From an uncultured virus (IMG/VR IMGVR_UViG_3300030329_004627) (Duplodnaviria > Heunggongvirae > Uroviricota > Caudoviricetes), in the IMG/VR virus record IMGVR_UViG_3300030329_004627: a DNA stretch of 20,000 nucleotides, one strand, 5' to 3'. The translations under genes and the position numbers were made by a program. Shown here in pieces: positions 1 to 8,970 of this stretch (the first letter of the stretch is position 1; each line of letters begins with the position of its first letter). The notes under the pieces are model-generated. The model saw only the letters and a list, made by a program, of their open reading frames with translations. It was not told the origin of the DNA and ran no database searches.

Positions 1-1
1 T

Positions 2-1933
2 AGTTACACGCGAACCGATCGGAATCACGTTATAACGCTGAGTCAAAATCCGCTGGTGCGAATTCGAGTGATGAATCTTCTTACGGACGGAAAGCGGACG
101 GCGCCTTACCAAGCTTTTTTTGGAGGTGCCCCTGGGCAGACTGCCGGCTTGGATTATTCAAAGCGCCGAGGAGTGCTGTGTGCTGTGCGCAATATGAATG
201 TGAGCTTTAATTTGGAAAATGGTGAGGTAGGCGTTTTTGAATCGGGCCCAGGAAGCACATCGAGGCCAATCCCGGGCGTTACCGAAACCCACAGGATTAC
301 TCCCCCCAGTCAGACGCAGGGCATGGGAATCGTGCCTAAGCTGATAGAGGTGAATATGACGTTTGATGTAATCCATGAAATGTTCATAGGGTGGGATGCC
401 GAAACAAATGGCGCCCCTGGCGTATATGGTTGTGATTTTGAAAATTCTACAATGGGCGGGGGAGGAGCTGGCATCGCTGAAAAAGGAACTTCTGGCCAGG
501 GGGGTTCCACGAAGGTAGCCGTACCAACCAAAACAACGCCCAAGACTAGTGGTGATCCATCGACAGGGGGCCCCAAGCCGCCGGCAGAAAAACCAAAACC
601 GTCCGTCACCAAAACAGCTGATGGAGCCAGCAGTACTTCGAAGGTGATCAAAAACATACCCACCGCGCAAGATCCCACAGGCACTAAACCTGCCTATTGT
701 CAAGGGAGCGCCGGCTCTTCTAGCACTGGCCGCAAACAACGAGAGAAGAAACGTTGGCGGTGGGGAACGCCCATCACTGAAGATTATTCATGGCGCTGGG
801 GAGTAATTGGGATTGAAAAGCCCCCCACACGAATAATACTGGATTCTCGCAGTGAGCCTTTGGACAAGACACGTATCGATGATGCTGGCCATCACTACAC
901 AATGACACAGGTATATGCGGAATGGTCGCCTGATGAATGGGAAGAATGGGCAGTAACCGATTATCACGAAAGCCGTTGGCCAGTTAAAGTTATCGAATGG
1001 CAGATGGAAACCGATCCATCTTCTAAAAATTACGGAGAATATAGAATTGCTCATGAGAAATGTAGAATGATGCGGATGTCCACCATTATGGAGCAGTATG
1101 GCCCAGATGTTCCCCGATATGCCTCCGATGCCAGCATTGTAATGGATAATGGCGAGCGTCCCATGTCCATGTATATTGCGGGCACCCAACCGGCTCAAGA
1201 CTATCCATGGCAAATACCCGAAACACCAACGGTTGTTCCCAATATAATTCGTTCTCACATGCATGGACGAAGCTTGGACGAAGAAGATGCGATCAGGCGC
1301 ATGTATTACACAGGATGGGGCGATGACTGGTATGATATTCCGGAGCATAGCGGCTGGAATCGTGACGCCCCCACTAGCTTTGGCCCCACTGATAATCCTG
1401 AAATATATCGCGAGGTCATGTCTTATGGGGATCCCGACGACGAAACCCGCACGGGCGCCGAAGTCCCGGCGGATCCCGCGCCAGGAGCCTATGGAAGCCT
1501 CCGCCATTCTCATGATCATGGGGAAGATTCTGATAGCACCGCGGCTAGCGATCCGGAGTCCAGCCGCGTGAGGAGCCTTATCCCCCCATCGGGACTTCCG
1601 GTAGGCGACGGTCAGAGCGCCGAAGATCTGGCAGCTATTATGGCGTATGGCCAATGGGATCCCAATCAGGTCGCCAAGCGCCAAAGGACCGCCGCGGCAG
1701 CAGACGTTCGCGGTGAATCGGAAGGTACCAACTTGCGCTGGGATGGCACCCAAAAGCAGTGGCGCCAGCGCTGTAGAGAAAGCGGCCTTAAGAATTGTTA
1801 TGGCCCACGCGCTCATAAAAAGATGCAAAGAAGCGGCGCCAAGACCACCGCCGAATGGAACGCTAAAGGCTCGGGAGATTTGACCGAATCAGTCGACGGC
1901 GCAGGTATTGACGTGATCCGCGAGGATATGTAA
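2..1933 (+). CDS. Putative tail-tube/baseplate-associated structural protein with a long C-terminal extension (5'-truncated)
   Basis: The frame is open from base 2 (SYTRTDRNHVITLSQNPLVRIRVMNLL...), so the GTG at 56 is probably not the real start. The segments NPLVRIRVMNLL, GVLCAVRNMNVSFNLE and VPKLIEVNMTFDVIHE resemble tube-fold baseplate proteins (T4 gp48/gp54-like, CIS tube). A LysM/gp53-like gene follows directly. A G/P/T/K-rich linker comes after the conserved-looking part. Confidence 0.5.
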   Translation, partial: SYTRTDRNHVITLSQNPLVRIRVMNLLTDGKRTAPYQAFFGGAPGQTAGLDYSKRRGVLCAVRNMNVSFNLENGEVGVFESGPGSTSRPIPGVTETHRITPPSQTQGMGIVPKLIEVNMTFDVIHEMFIGWDAETNGAPGVYGCDFENSTMGGGGAGIAEKGTSGQGGSTKVAVPTKTTPKTSGDPSTGGPKPPAEKPKPSVTKTADGASSTSKVIKNIPTAQDPTGTKPAYCQGSAGSSSTGRKQREKKRWRWGTPITEDYSWRWGVIGIEKPPTRIILDSRSEPLDKTRIDDAGHHYTMTQVYAEWSPDEWEEWAVTDYHESRWPVKVIEWQMETDPSSKNYGEYRIAHEKCRMMRMSTIMEQYGPDVPRYASDASIVMDNGERPMSMYIAGTQPAQDYPWQIPETPTVVPNIIRSHMHGRSLDEEDAIRRMYYTGWGDDWYDIPEHSGWNRDAPTSFGPTDNPEIYREVMSYGDPDDETRTGAEVPADPAPGAYGSLRHSHDHGEDSDSTAASDPESSRVRSLIPPSGLPVGDGQSAEDLAAIMAYGQWDPNQVAKRQRTAAAADVRGESEGTNLRWDGTQKQWRQRCRESGLKNCYGPRAHKKMQRSGAKTTAEWNAKGSGDLTESVDGAGIDVIREDM

Positions 1934-1980
1934 AGAGAGATTTTGCTCAACAGAGGAAAAGAATTCTAATTCATTTTGAT

Positions 1981-1998
1981 ACTACTTATAAGAAGGAG
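1981..1998 (+). promoter_or_regulatory. Shine-Dalgarno site preceded by an AT-rich candidate late-promoter element
   Basis: AAGGAG at 1993-1998 lies 8 nt before ATG 2007. ACTACTTATA at 1981-1990 sits in the intergenic gap with no -35 partner; the late-promoter role is inference only. Confidence 0.35.
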
Positions 1999-2006
1999 CC
2001 TTACAA

Positions 2007-2303
2007 ATGCCACGTTATAAAGGACACCGGATTATCTCTACTGCTGGAGTGACATTCTACGACACTCTACAGCTAAGAAACCCTTCCCTTGCGGATCGCA
2101 CAATGCTCAATACAACTAATCATATTTGGGCCTATGGAGATCGGTATTATAAATTAGCCTACCAGATGTATGGGCGCCCAGATTATTGGTGGGTTATAGC
2201 ATGGTGGAACGCTCGCCCCACTGAGGCTGATTTAAGCCCGGGAGATGTTATTGTCATTCCTATAAATTTGGAAGATGCATTGCGCGCTTTAGGGGCATAT
2301 TAA
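2007..2303 (+). CDS. LysM-like baseplate wedge protein (T4 gp53 / tail X-like)
   Basis: HIWAYGDRYYKLAYQMYGRPDYWWVIAWWN...LSPGDVIVIP fits the LysM/gp53 pattern GD-x(3)-LA-x(2-3)-YG-x(4)-W-x(2)-IA-x(2)-N...L-x-PG-x(2)-I-x-IP. It has a good SD site. Confidence 0.8.
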   Translation: MPRYKGHRIISTAGVTFYDTLQLRNPSLADRTMLNTTNHIWAYGDRYYKLAYQMYGRPDYWWVIAWWNARPTEADLSPGDVIVIPINLEDALRALGAY

Positions 2304-2304
2304 T

Positions 2305-5300
2305 ATGGGCGGCAATCCTCTTTATACAGCCGAGGGTCAGGCCGAACTCCAGCGCGCTGCCGCGGAAATCACTTCGACCGCTGGAGGCCTGCCAACGAGC
2401 CCTTTTCCTGAGCGTAAAGATTATAACGCGGCCGCGGGCTACTTTTACGCCGGCGAAGTTACATACTCAGCCACAACCGAAACATATACAGTCGTCCATC
2501 CAGGAGACGCGCTGCTCACGGCCGAGAGAGCGAAGCAGCTGAACGGTAGCAAGTGCTTGACACCTCGCGGAAGCACTAGTTGCGGCCCTGACCCGTATAA
2601 AAACTGGAAAAAGAACCAGCCGATTCCTAAAGAGTTTTGGCCTCAAGAATGGATCGATGCTAAAGAAAAAGGAGATAAAGCATGGAAGACCGACATGCTG
2701 GCTTGGACCGCCAAAGCAGAAGTCATAGCACATGGAGGCTCTAAATTATCAGATTACATTACGGCATTTGATAGCATAGATATAGAAGGCATTATCGGCA
2801 CAAAATATCGAGAAGCTGTTGTCATGATGCAAAAACAAGCTAATCTTTATGCCGATGCCTCGACGGCATTGCGAGAAGCATGGGTAACACACACGTTGCC
2901 GGCTACTCAACTCAGCAGCGTGGCCCGAAAGCCGGCCAGGGGCCAATCCAATGCGATGTATAACTTGGCCACAGCAGGACAGCACGCAGGTAACGTTTTT
3001 CGCAAGCCTGAAAGCGGGATGACCAACACACCTTTTATTCAAACTGTCGATCTCCCGGATTCCGACATCCAAAAAGGCGGCGTGAGCAATAGCTCCAACA
3101 AACATAGATTTGTACAGATAATGTCGCAGCCGCACCGCGACATGGGAGTCGATGGTCTTAATATTTGCGATGTTCGCAGCGGCGGCATTCTTAACGCAGA
3201 AGGGCCACGCTTCACCCAGGCCATGCATGACGGCCAAGAGCGGTCATGGATATACGGAAGAACTATGAGCGACTACGATAGCAAGCGCGGCTCTAAATTC
3301 GGACTCGGCTTCCTGGCGCCCCCTTCGTCCGACGACCCTTCCAGCTTCTCCTTCGAGGACGCCAACCAGAATGGCAAAACCGCACGGATAGTTCCTGGCG
3401 ATGTAGCAAAGCAAGGAGTATTTTTAGAACCTTATCACCCGATTCCAAGCGACAAGAAGGAGAGCGAAGTTACTCGCGACAGCCCCAATGGCCGCGAAAT
3501 AGCATATTACAAGTTTCTCTTCAATTATTATGTTTCGCTTATGGCATGCCAGACTCTTCAAAGTACAGGTATAATTGATAAATTTTTTGTGCAGAAATTT
3601 AGAGAGCGTGTGCCGCAATCAGTACGGTGGCTTAAGACATATGCGGTTAAAGATAAAAATCTTATGGACGGATATACCTCTCCTGCTTCTGTGGCTCCTG
3701 TTCGAACTGATGTATACGGAGATTATAGCGGCGACGGACGTTTAGGGGAGCCGATTCCGCCGTGGAGCTTGCACACCATGATAGATGGGGTATATTGGCT
3801 AGAATGGAGCCAAGAGCAAAACAGCGCCCCCGCAGGCGCCGAAGGTCGAAAAGAGTATCACGCGGCCCAGCGCGCCGGCACAACAGACATCCAACGGGAA
3901 GGTGACGCGTTAGGGCAGTTTTTTACATCTGAGAGGAAATGGGCCGCCAAGATCGAGAAGGCAGCTGACCCGGAAATGGGAGGGTGGAAGTTCTTAGATA
4001 TTTTTCAAGCTGCCATAGGGGATCAATCTCAAATTAACCTTACTCCTGCTTCCGCGTGGCTCACGGACCGGTCAACGCGCGTCGGATACGCCGGTGTGAC
4101 CGATCGATCGGCTGGTGACACGAGACCCATGTACGCCACATCTCGCGACCCGAAAATTGGCCTGGGCGAAGTCGATCCTTTTACGCGTCCTTATTCGAGC
4201 ATTGCAGAAGTTCAAGGCGCCGAACGCCCAAAACAGCACCGGAGAATTTATTGGGATCGCGATGCTGCGAATGCTATGGCCGCGGTAAAGAAGGGCGAAT
4301 CAAAGGGAGATCACGTCTCCGACGAAACCTTGGCGCGCCAGCACGGCTCCACCGCAGTCACCACCCAGCATTCGCTGTGGAAATACGAGCGAAGCAGTGA
4401 GCATGAGCGTTACGGTGCCCCCACTAATTTAGCTCTTTTGAATGAAAATGGAGTTTTGTATAGCACGATTAGAGAGCTGGGGGACAAGATTATAGAGTTG
4501 ACAGGGGGAGAATTGGTGGAACAAGATAGGGCGTCTATCACCGCTATTAAGCGTTTTGCCGCTAGCGCTGGCGTACACACTAATAAGATGCGCAACTCTT
4601 TATTAGCAATTTCTGCCGCGTATAATACCATTGAAGACGCAGCAGACGAATTAACTGAGAAAATAGACGCGGCCCGGGCAGCTGCTGGCCTGCCTCCTGC
4701 CGAGGAGAGTGCTTTGGTTGACGCCTTAATGGCTGACAGCCTAGGCGTCCTTGAGGAGCTTCAGCTCAGCATCAAAGATATGACTGCGGCCTATTATTCT
4801 AATAACCCAGAAAAAGCCTTTTTCAAGGAGCAGTGTTATCTTCTTACTAATATTCAAAGCATCACACAGTATAAAAAACACGTTGTAGACGCATTCAGAT
4901 ATAAGTGGCAAATAACTGATAGTGACTATCTTAAGGCTAAATGGCCCTCGACCAGCGAGGAAACGGGCAAAGAAACGATGATGTATACGGAGGCCTTAGC
5001 TCAATATGAAGTGCAGCGAGAAATTGAAGCCGGTCGCTTGTGGGATGACGTCGACCCGGGTGACAGCCTCTTGGTCGGTGGTGAAGATAGAATGATCAAG
5101 GCAACACATATTCGAGAAATGCAAGCGAATCCGAGGTATGCCGGCGTCTCGAAGCACCTAGAGAGACTTCGACAGCTGTCGGGAAAACAATTCGGACCCG
5201 AGTTAATGAAAGAATATAATTATGCCCCGGCCGGCGGCGAAGGTTTAAATAAAAAGCTTCTTCCCTATGTAGGGTACCAAGGAGATCTGGCCGCTAAATA

Positions 5301-7665
5301 CGGCTTTGAGCAATATAATAGCTCGCTCATGATCGACGGGGATCCATATGGGTTTTTAAATCGCCTTTTGCTTTCTCACTATCAAAAATCTCTTCATAAT
5401 ATTGATCATAAAGTAATCTCTTTGCTACAGCCTTATGTTAGACTATGGAAGGTGACTTTTGATGAGAACGCCAACGAAGTAGACACCGAAGTTAAATTTG
5501 ATGCTTATCGCACAGAAAAAGAAGATCTCCTTTTTCAGAAAAGGAAGCTGCGCAATACAGGTGTGGGACTTAAACATTTTCAATTTACTTATGACGGCAG
5601 TAATCCTTTCGGCGCCAAGAAAAGCATTAAAGGACAACTTAAGATTTTTTCTAATACTTTTGATGAGTTATTGATAGATCGTAACGGCTATAAATATGTT
5701 GATTTAGCTTTGAAGACGAGCAACACTCCCACTTTGAAAGCCGTACGGCGTGAAAATGAAGATCTTGCGAAGCTTAATTTTCGTCTTAAGGCGCAAGTAG
5801 GGTGGACTCCCCCGAGCAATGAAACACTTCAGCGATTGCGCCTTACACAAACAGAGGCTAGTGAACTGATTGACACGCTGCTGGATTCGATCGTTACTTT
5901 AAACTTGACCCCCACTATTCATGATTTTGGAATAGATGAATTAGGAAGGGTTGATTTTACCATTAATTACTTAGCCTACGTAGAGGAACTATATGATACG
6001 GGCAAGTTTAATGTATTCAGCGAGGCCACTGTCGCCGCGGGGCGCTATGTGCGCGCCTTGCAGATGAAGGAGGCCAAGCAAAACTGTAAAGACGAGGCTC
6101 TTGAAAAACTTAAAGAAGCGCATGCGCTGGCTGCGGATAACGAAGTGGCTGATAGTATTTCTCATCTTATTGGTCGGATGATTAAGCTTGACCGCATCTA
6201 TTACATGCCGGTGGACGGGCACACTATCCGCGAATTCATTAGCCGCGGCCCCTTCGCCACTGGATTCACAGTTCCCCAGGTACCGGTATTAAACTCTCGG
6301 GAAAAAGCCAGCTATGATGCCAAAGTAATAGACGAGGCTCTCGACAAATATAGAGATCACAGCAGCAGCGGCAATACGGGAGACGTACCTATTGGAGAGG
6401 AGGAGATAAAGATTACTCAAGGATTGGCCACCATGGACCTGAGCCGAGAAGTGCTCTCTTTCTTCTATTTTTCGGATTTAGTCGACACTCTTCTCTCCAA
6501 TATTGAGCAAGAACTAGAAAAAATTCCCGAAGCTCTTGCGAGCTATGCGAGTGCCGGCGGCGTTTATAATAAAGAAGACTTAGAATCGACCGTAAAAGAA
6601 TACCAGCGTTATCAGAAGGCTTTTCGAAAAATAAGATTTCTTTTAGGCCCTCTAGAGCTGGTTCATCCGGCAAAAGGAAAAAGTGTTTTTATTAATTTGG
6701 GGGACGTCCCTATTTCTGTAAAATATTTCATAGAATGGCTCACGAGCACGATGTTAAAGCGAAATAGTTCTTATTTTTCTTTAACTGCTTTCATGAACAA
6801 ATTTGTTAATGAGCTGTTGCGTAAATTTTTAAATAATGACGATTGTTTTGGATACAATATTCGTCAAAATGTTCGCTTAAATCAGAGCGTATATACTGGC
6901 CCCCAAGATATCTCAAATCGTAGCGCGCGCGAACGAGCTTATGTAGCAGATGGATTTGTGAAAGATCCGATAACCCAAACGTATCTTAAGCCCATGGGCG
7001 CTCGGGGAGAATCGCGAAGAATGAATATTCGCAATATGCCATCCCCAGTACTCAGAGATAAAGATCGCCCTAGTGCTCTCTCCACGATTCCTAGCTATGA
7101 TGAGGTTAATTACATGATCTATTATGTTGGCCGCACAATGCCAACTGAGCTTATGAATGGCGACAAAGGCGCCGATGAAGATCGTGGAATCTATCATTAT
7201 CAAATCGGCCGTCATTCAGGAATTACCAAAACCATTAAACTTAAAAAGACCGTGACTCCTGGCTTGCAAGAGGTGCGATTTGAACAAGAAGGCTATGATG
7301 GATTAGAACAGTTGCGTGTGGTCTATGATGCCACCATTGAAAGCTATGTTAACCCTAATACTTTCCCGGGTACTTATATTTATATAGAGCCCGCCGGCTT
7401 TTCTCCTAGTTTTGGATCTTCGACTATTACGTCAGAGGGCGCTTACGATCTTACTGATTTCGGAATTGGGGGCTATTATATGATTGTGCGCTCGACGCAT
7501 GTATTTGGACCGGGCGAGGCCTCCACGTCAATAGAGGCAAAGTGGGTGAATGCTATTGATAAGGGCCGCGCCGAAGAACTTAAACAGGCCGCCGGCGCAG
7601 AAGATCGCGTTAAATCTGACTGTACGCACCAAATCGAACGCGCAACAGCAGCTTATGAGGAATAA
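2305..7665 (+). CDS. Large virion protein, probable baseplate hub (gp27/GpD-like C-terminal region)
   Basis: 1786-aa ORF directly after the LysM gene. The C-terminus YDATIESYVNPNTFPGTYIYI...GGYYMIVRSTHVFGPGEASTSIEAKW resembles the final beta-barrel of hub/late-control-D proteins (PG-x(2)-I...G-x-Y-x-I-x(3)-H). The N-terminal ~950 aa are unrecognised. Confidence 0.55.
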   Translation: MGGNPLYTAEGQAELQRAAAEITSTAGGLPTSPFPERKDYNAAAGYFYAGEVTYSATTETYTVVHPGDALLTAERAKQLNGSKCLTPRGSTSCGPDPYKNWKKNQPIPKEFWPQEWIDAKEKGDKAWKTDMLAWTAKAEVIAHGGSKLSDYITAFDSIDIEGIIGTKYREAVVMMQKQANLYADASTALREAWVTHTLPATQLSSVARKPARGQSNAMYNLATAGQHAGNVFRKPESGMTNTPFIQTVDLPDSDIQKGGVSNSSNKHRFVQIMSQPHRDMGVDGLNICDVRSGGILNAEGPRFTQAMHDGQERSWIYGRTMSDYDSKRGSKFGLGFLAPPSSDDPSSFSFEDANQNGKTARIVPGDVAKQGVFLEPYHPIPSDKKESEVTRDSPNGREIAYYKFLFNYYVSLMACQTLQSTGIIDKFFVQKFRERVPQSVRWLKTYAVKDKNLMDGYTSPASVAPVRTDVYGDYSGDGRLGEPIPPWSLHTMIDGVYWLEWSQEQNSAPAGAEGRKEYHAAQRAGTTDIQREGDALGQFFTSERKWAAKIEKAADPEMGGWKFLDIFQAAIGDQSQINLTPASAWLTDRSTRVGYAGVTDRSAGDTRPMYATSRDPKIGLGEVDPFTRPYSSIAEVQGAERPKQHRRIYWDRDAANAMAAVKKGESKGDHVSDETLARQHGSTAVTTQHSLWKYERSSEHERYGAPTNLALLNENGVLYSTIRELGDKIIELTGGELVEQDRASITAIKRFAASAGVHTNKMRNSLLAISAAYNTIEDAADELTEKIDAARAAAGLPPAEESALVDALMADSLGVLEELQLSIKDMTAAYYSNNPEKAFFKEQCYLLTNIQSITQYKKHVVDAFRYKWQITDSDYLKAKWPSTSEETGKETMMYTEALAQYEVQREIEAGRLWDDVDPGDSLLVGGEDRMIKATHIREMQANPRYAGVSKHLERLRQLSGKQFGPELMKEYNYAPAGGEGLNKKLLPYVGYQGDLAAKYGFEQYNSSLMIDGDPYGFLNRLLLSHYQKSLHNIDHKVISLLQPYVRLWKVTFDENANEVDTEVKFDAYRTEKEDLLFQKRKLRNTGVGLKHFQFTYDGSNPFGAKKSIKGQLKIFSNTFDELLIDRNGYKYVDLALKTSNTPTLKAVRRENEDLAKLNFRLKAQVGWTPPSNETLQRLRLTQTEASELIDTLLDSIVTLNLTPTIHDFGIDELGRVDFTINYLAYVEELYDTGKFNVFSEATVAAGRYVRALQMKEAKQNCKDEALEKLKEAHALAADNEVADSISHLIGRMIKLDRIYYMPVDGHTIREFISRGPFATGFTVPQVPVLNSREKASYDAKVIDEALDKYRDHSSSGNTGDVPIGEEEIKITQGLATMDLSREVLSFFYFSDLVDTLLSNIEQELEKIPEALASYASAGGVYNKEDLESTVKEYQRYQKAFRKIRFLLGPLELVHPAKGKSVFINLGDVPISVKYFIEWLTSTMLKRNSSYFSLTAFMNKFVNELLRKFLNNDDCFGYNIRQNVRLNQSVYTGPQDISNRSARERAYVADGFVKDPITQTYLKPMGARGESRRMNIRNMPSPVLRDKDRPSALSTIPSYDEVNYMIYYVGRTMPTELMNGDKGADEDRGIYHYQIGRHSGITKTIKLKKTVTPGLQEVRFEQEGYDGLEQLRVVYDATIESYVNPNTFPGTYIYIEPAGFSPSFGSSTITSEGAYDLTDFGIGGYYMIVRSTHVFGPGEASTSIEAKWVNAIDKGRAEELKQAAGAEDRVKSDCTHQIERATAAYEE

Positions 7666-7683
7666 AACAAAAGGAGACCACAC

Positions 7684-8970
7684 ATGGCCACAATTGAACG
7701 AGGATTTATAGTAGATAATCAAAATGACGCATTCAACGCTTTTGCAAAAAAGATAAGATATCGCACGTACACTCGTAGTGATGCGGCCCATGTAATTGAT
7801 TTTAATTTGGGAGAGATGGTTTATTATGGACGAATGGACAATTTTAATATACCGGTATCATTGGGTGCTTCTCCTCAAAAGATGCTCGCACCGACAAGGC
7901 GCACTAAGAGCGTTGTTGAGCCAGAATATGGATTAAACTTTGTTATGATGGTATTTGAAGAGATGGCTCTCCATTTTGAAAAAGCCGTCGCCACCCGACA
8001 GATACTTCCCTCAGAGAAGTATCTCTCTAATCTTACAGTCTATCGGGGATTTGACGATCCGTGGATAAGATATCGCTCCTACACGGGAACTTATCTGCGC
8101 TCGCTGTATGGCAGCATGTTAAACCTCGGATTAAATCCTACTAATACATTTAAAAACATGAAAGAACTATTGAATTTTTTTCCTGCTTTTACGCAAGAGA
8201 TGGCACTTACAACTCCTTTTACTTATCCTTCTTATATAAAAAGCCGGATGGGCGACATATTAGGAAGCGGCTTGGCTTTGGAATTAGCCGACTTGTCCTA
8301 CTCTAATGATGAGGAAAAAATAAATCATTTTTATAATAGTCGTACGTGGAACTATTATGTTAATGCCTGTAATGAGTTTGGATTTAGAATAGACGCAAAT
8401 ATTCCTTGGCGCATCGTGGCCGATATAGACTCCAGTATAATGAAGTTTGCGGCCAACCGCCTTCAGATGCCCGGTGGAAGATTTATTTTTTCTTCTCTTT
8501 ATGAAAAAGGCGCCCAGACGTATTTGCGAAATATGCCCAAGCTGCTTCTAGAGATGTATAATCTACTTTCGCCGACAGCCTATGAAGAGCGCACTTCGTG
8601 TCCTGCCGGTGGCGAGGTAAGAAAGATTAAGCGCATGCGTACATATCAGAATTACGACCAAGTGCTTGCCGAAATCGATATTAAAGATATTCTCACTTTC
8701 TATATGAGACTGCGCCTTAATGAGCAAATGCCCGAGATGGATACATTTCAACGAGATACGATCATGAGCGATTGCCTGAAATTATATCAATCATCTGGAC
8801 AACTTACCCTCCCACTAACAATTTTCGAATCGATTGTTTCATCTACTATTGACAAGATTGGATCTTTCAGTTATCATAAGAAGCATATACAAGCTTTCTA
8901 TAAGCAGATGTATGACAGGGGCGAAATTGACGCGCTTCAAGTAGAGGCTCAGATTGGGGGTGGCTATTGA
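7684..8970 (+). CDS. Hypothetical phage protein (428 aa)
   Basis: Long ORF with SD AAGGAG at 7671-7676. No recognisable motif. Its TGA stop overlaps the next TTG start (TTGA). Confidence 0.75.
   Translation: MATIERGFIVDNQNDAFNAFAKKIRYRTYTRSDAAHVIDFNLGEMVYYGRMDNFNIPVSLGASPQKMLAPTRRTKSVVEPEYGLNFVMMVFEEMALHFEKAVATRQILPSEKYLSNLTVYRGFDDPWIRYRSYTGTYLRSLYGSMLNLGLNPTNTFKNMKELLNFFPAFTQEMALTTPFTYPSYIKSRMGDILGSGLALELADLSYSNDEEKINHFYNSRTWNYYVNACNEFGFRIDANIPWRIVADIDSSIMKFAANRLQMPGGRFIFSSLYEKGAQTYLRNMPKLLLEMYNLLSPTAYEERTSCPAGGEVRKIKRMRTYQNYDQVLAEIDIKDILTFYMRLRLNEQMPEMDTFQRDTIMSDCLKLYQSSGQLTLPLTIFESIVSSTIDKIGSFSYHKKHIQAFYKQMYDRGEIDALQVEAQIGGGY
8849..8877 (+). promoter_or_regulatory. Sigma70-type promoter inside the 428-aa gene, upstream of the mini-PolA
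   Basis: TTGACA (8849-8854), 17-bp spacer, TATCAT (8872-8877). Confidence 0.65.

Noticed and set aside
788..1828. 346-aa minus-strand ORF, plus other antisense ORFs (158-739, 310-684, 2749-3237, 11665-12006, 19510-19926)
   Set aside because: They overlap well-supported + strand genes in a uniformly + strand region and show no recognisable motifs, so they are treated as shadow ORFs.
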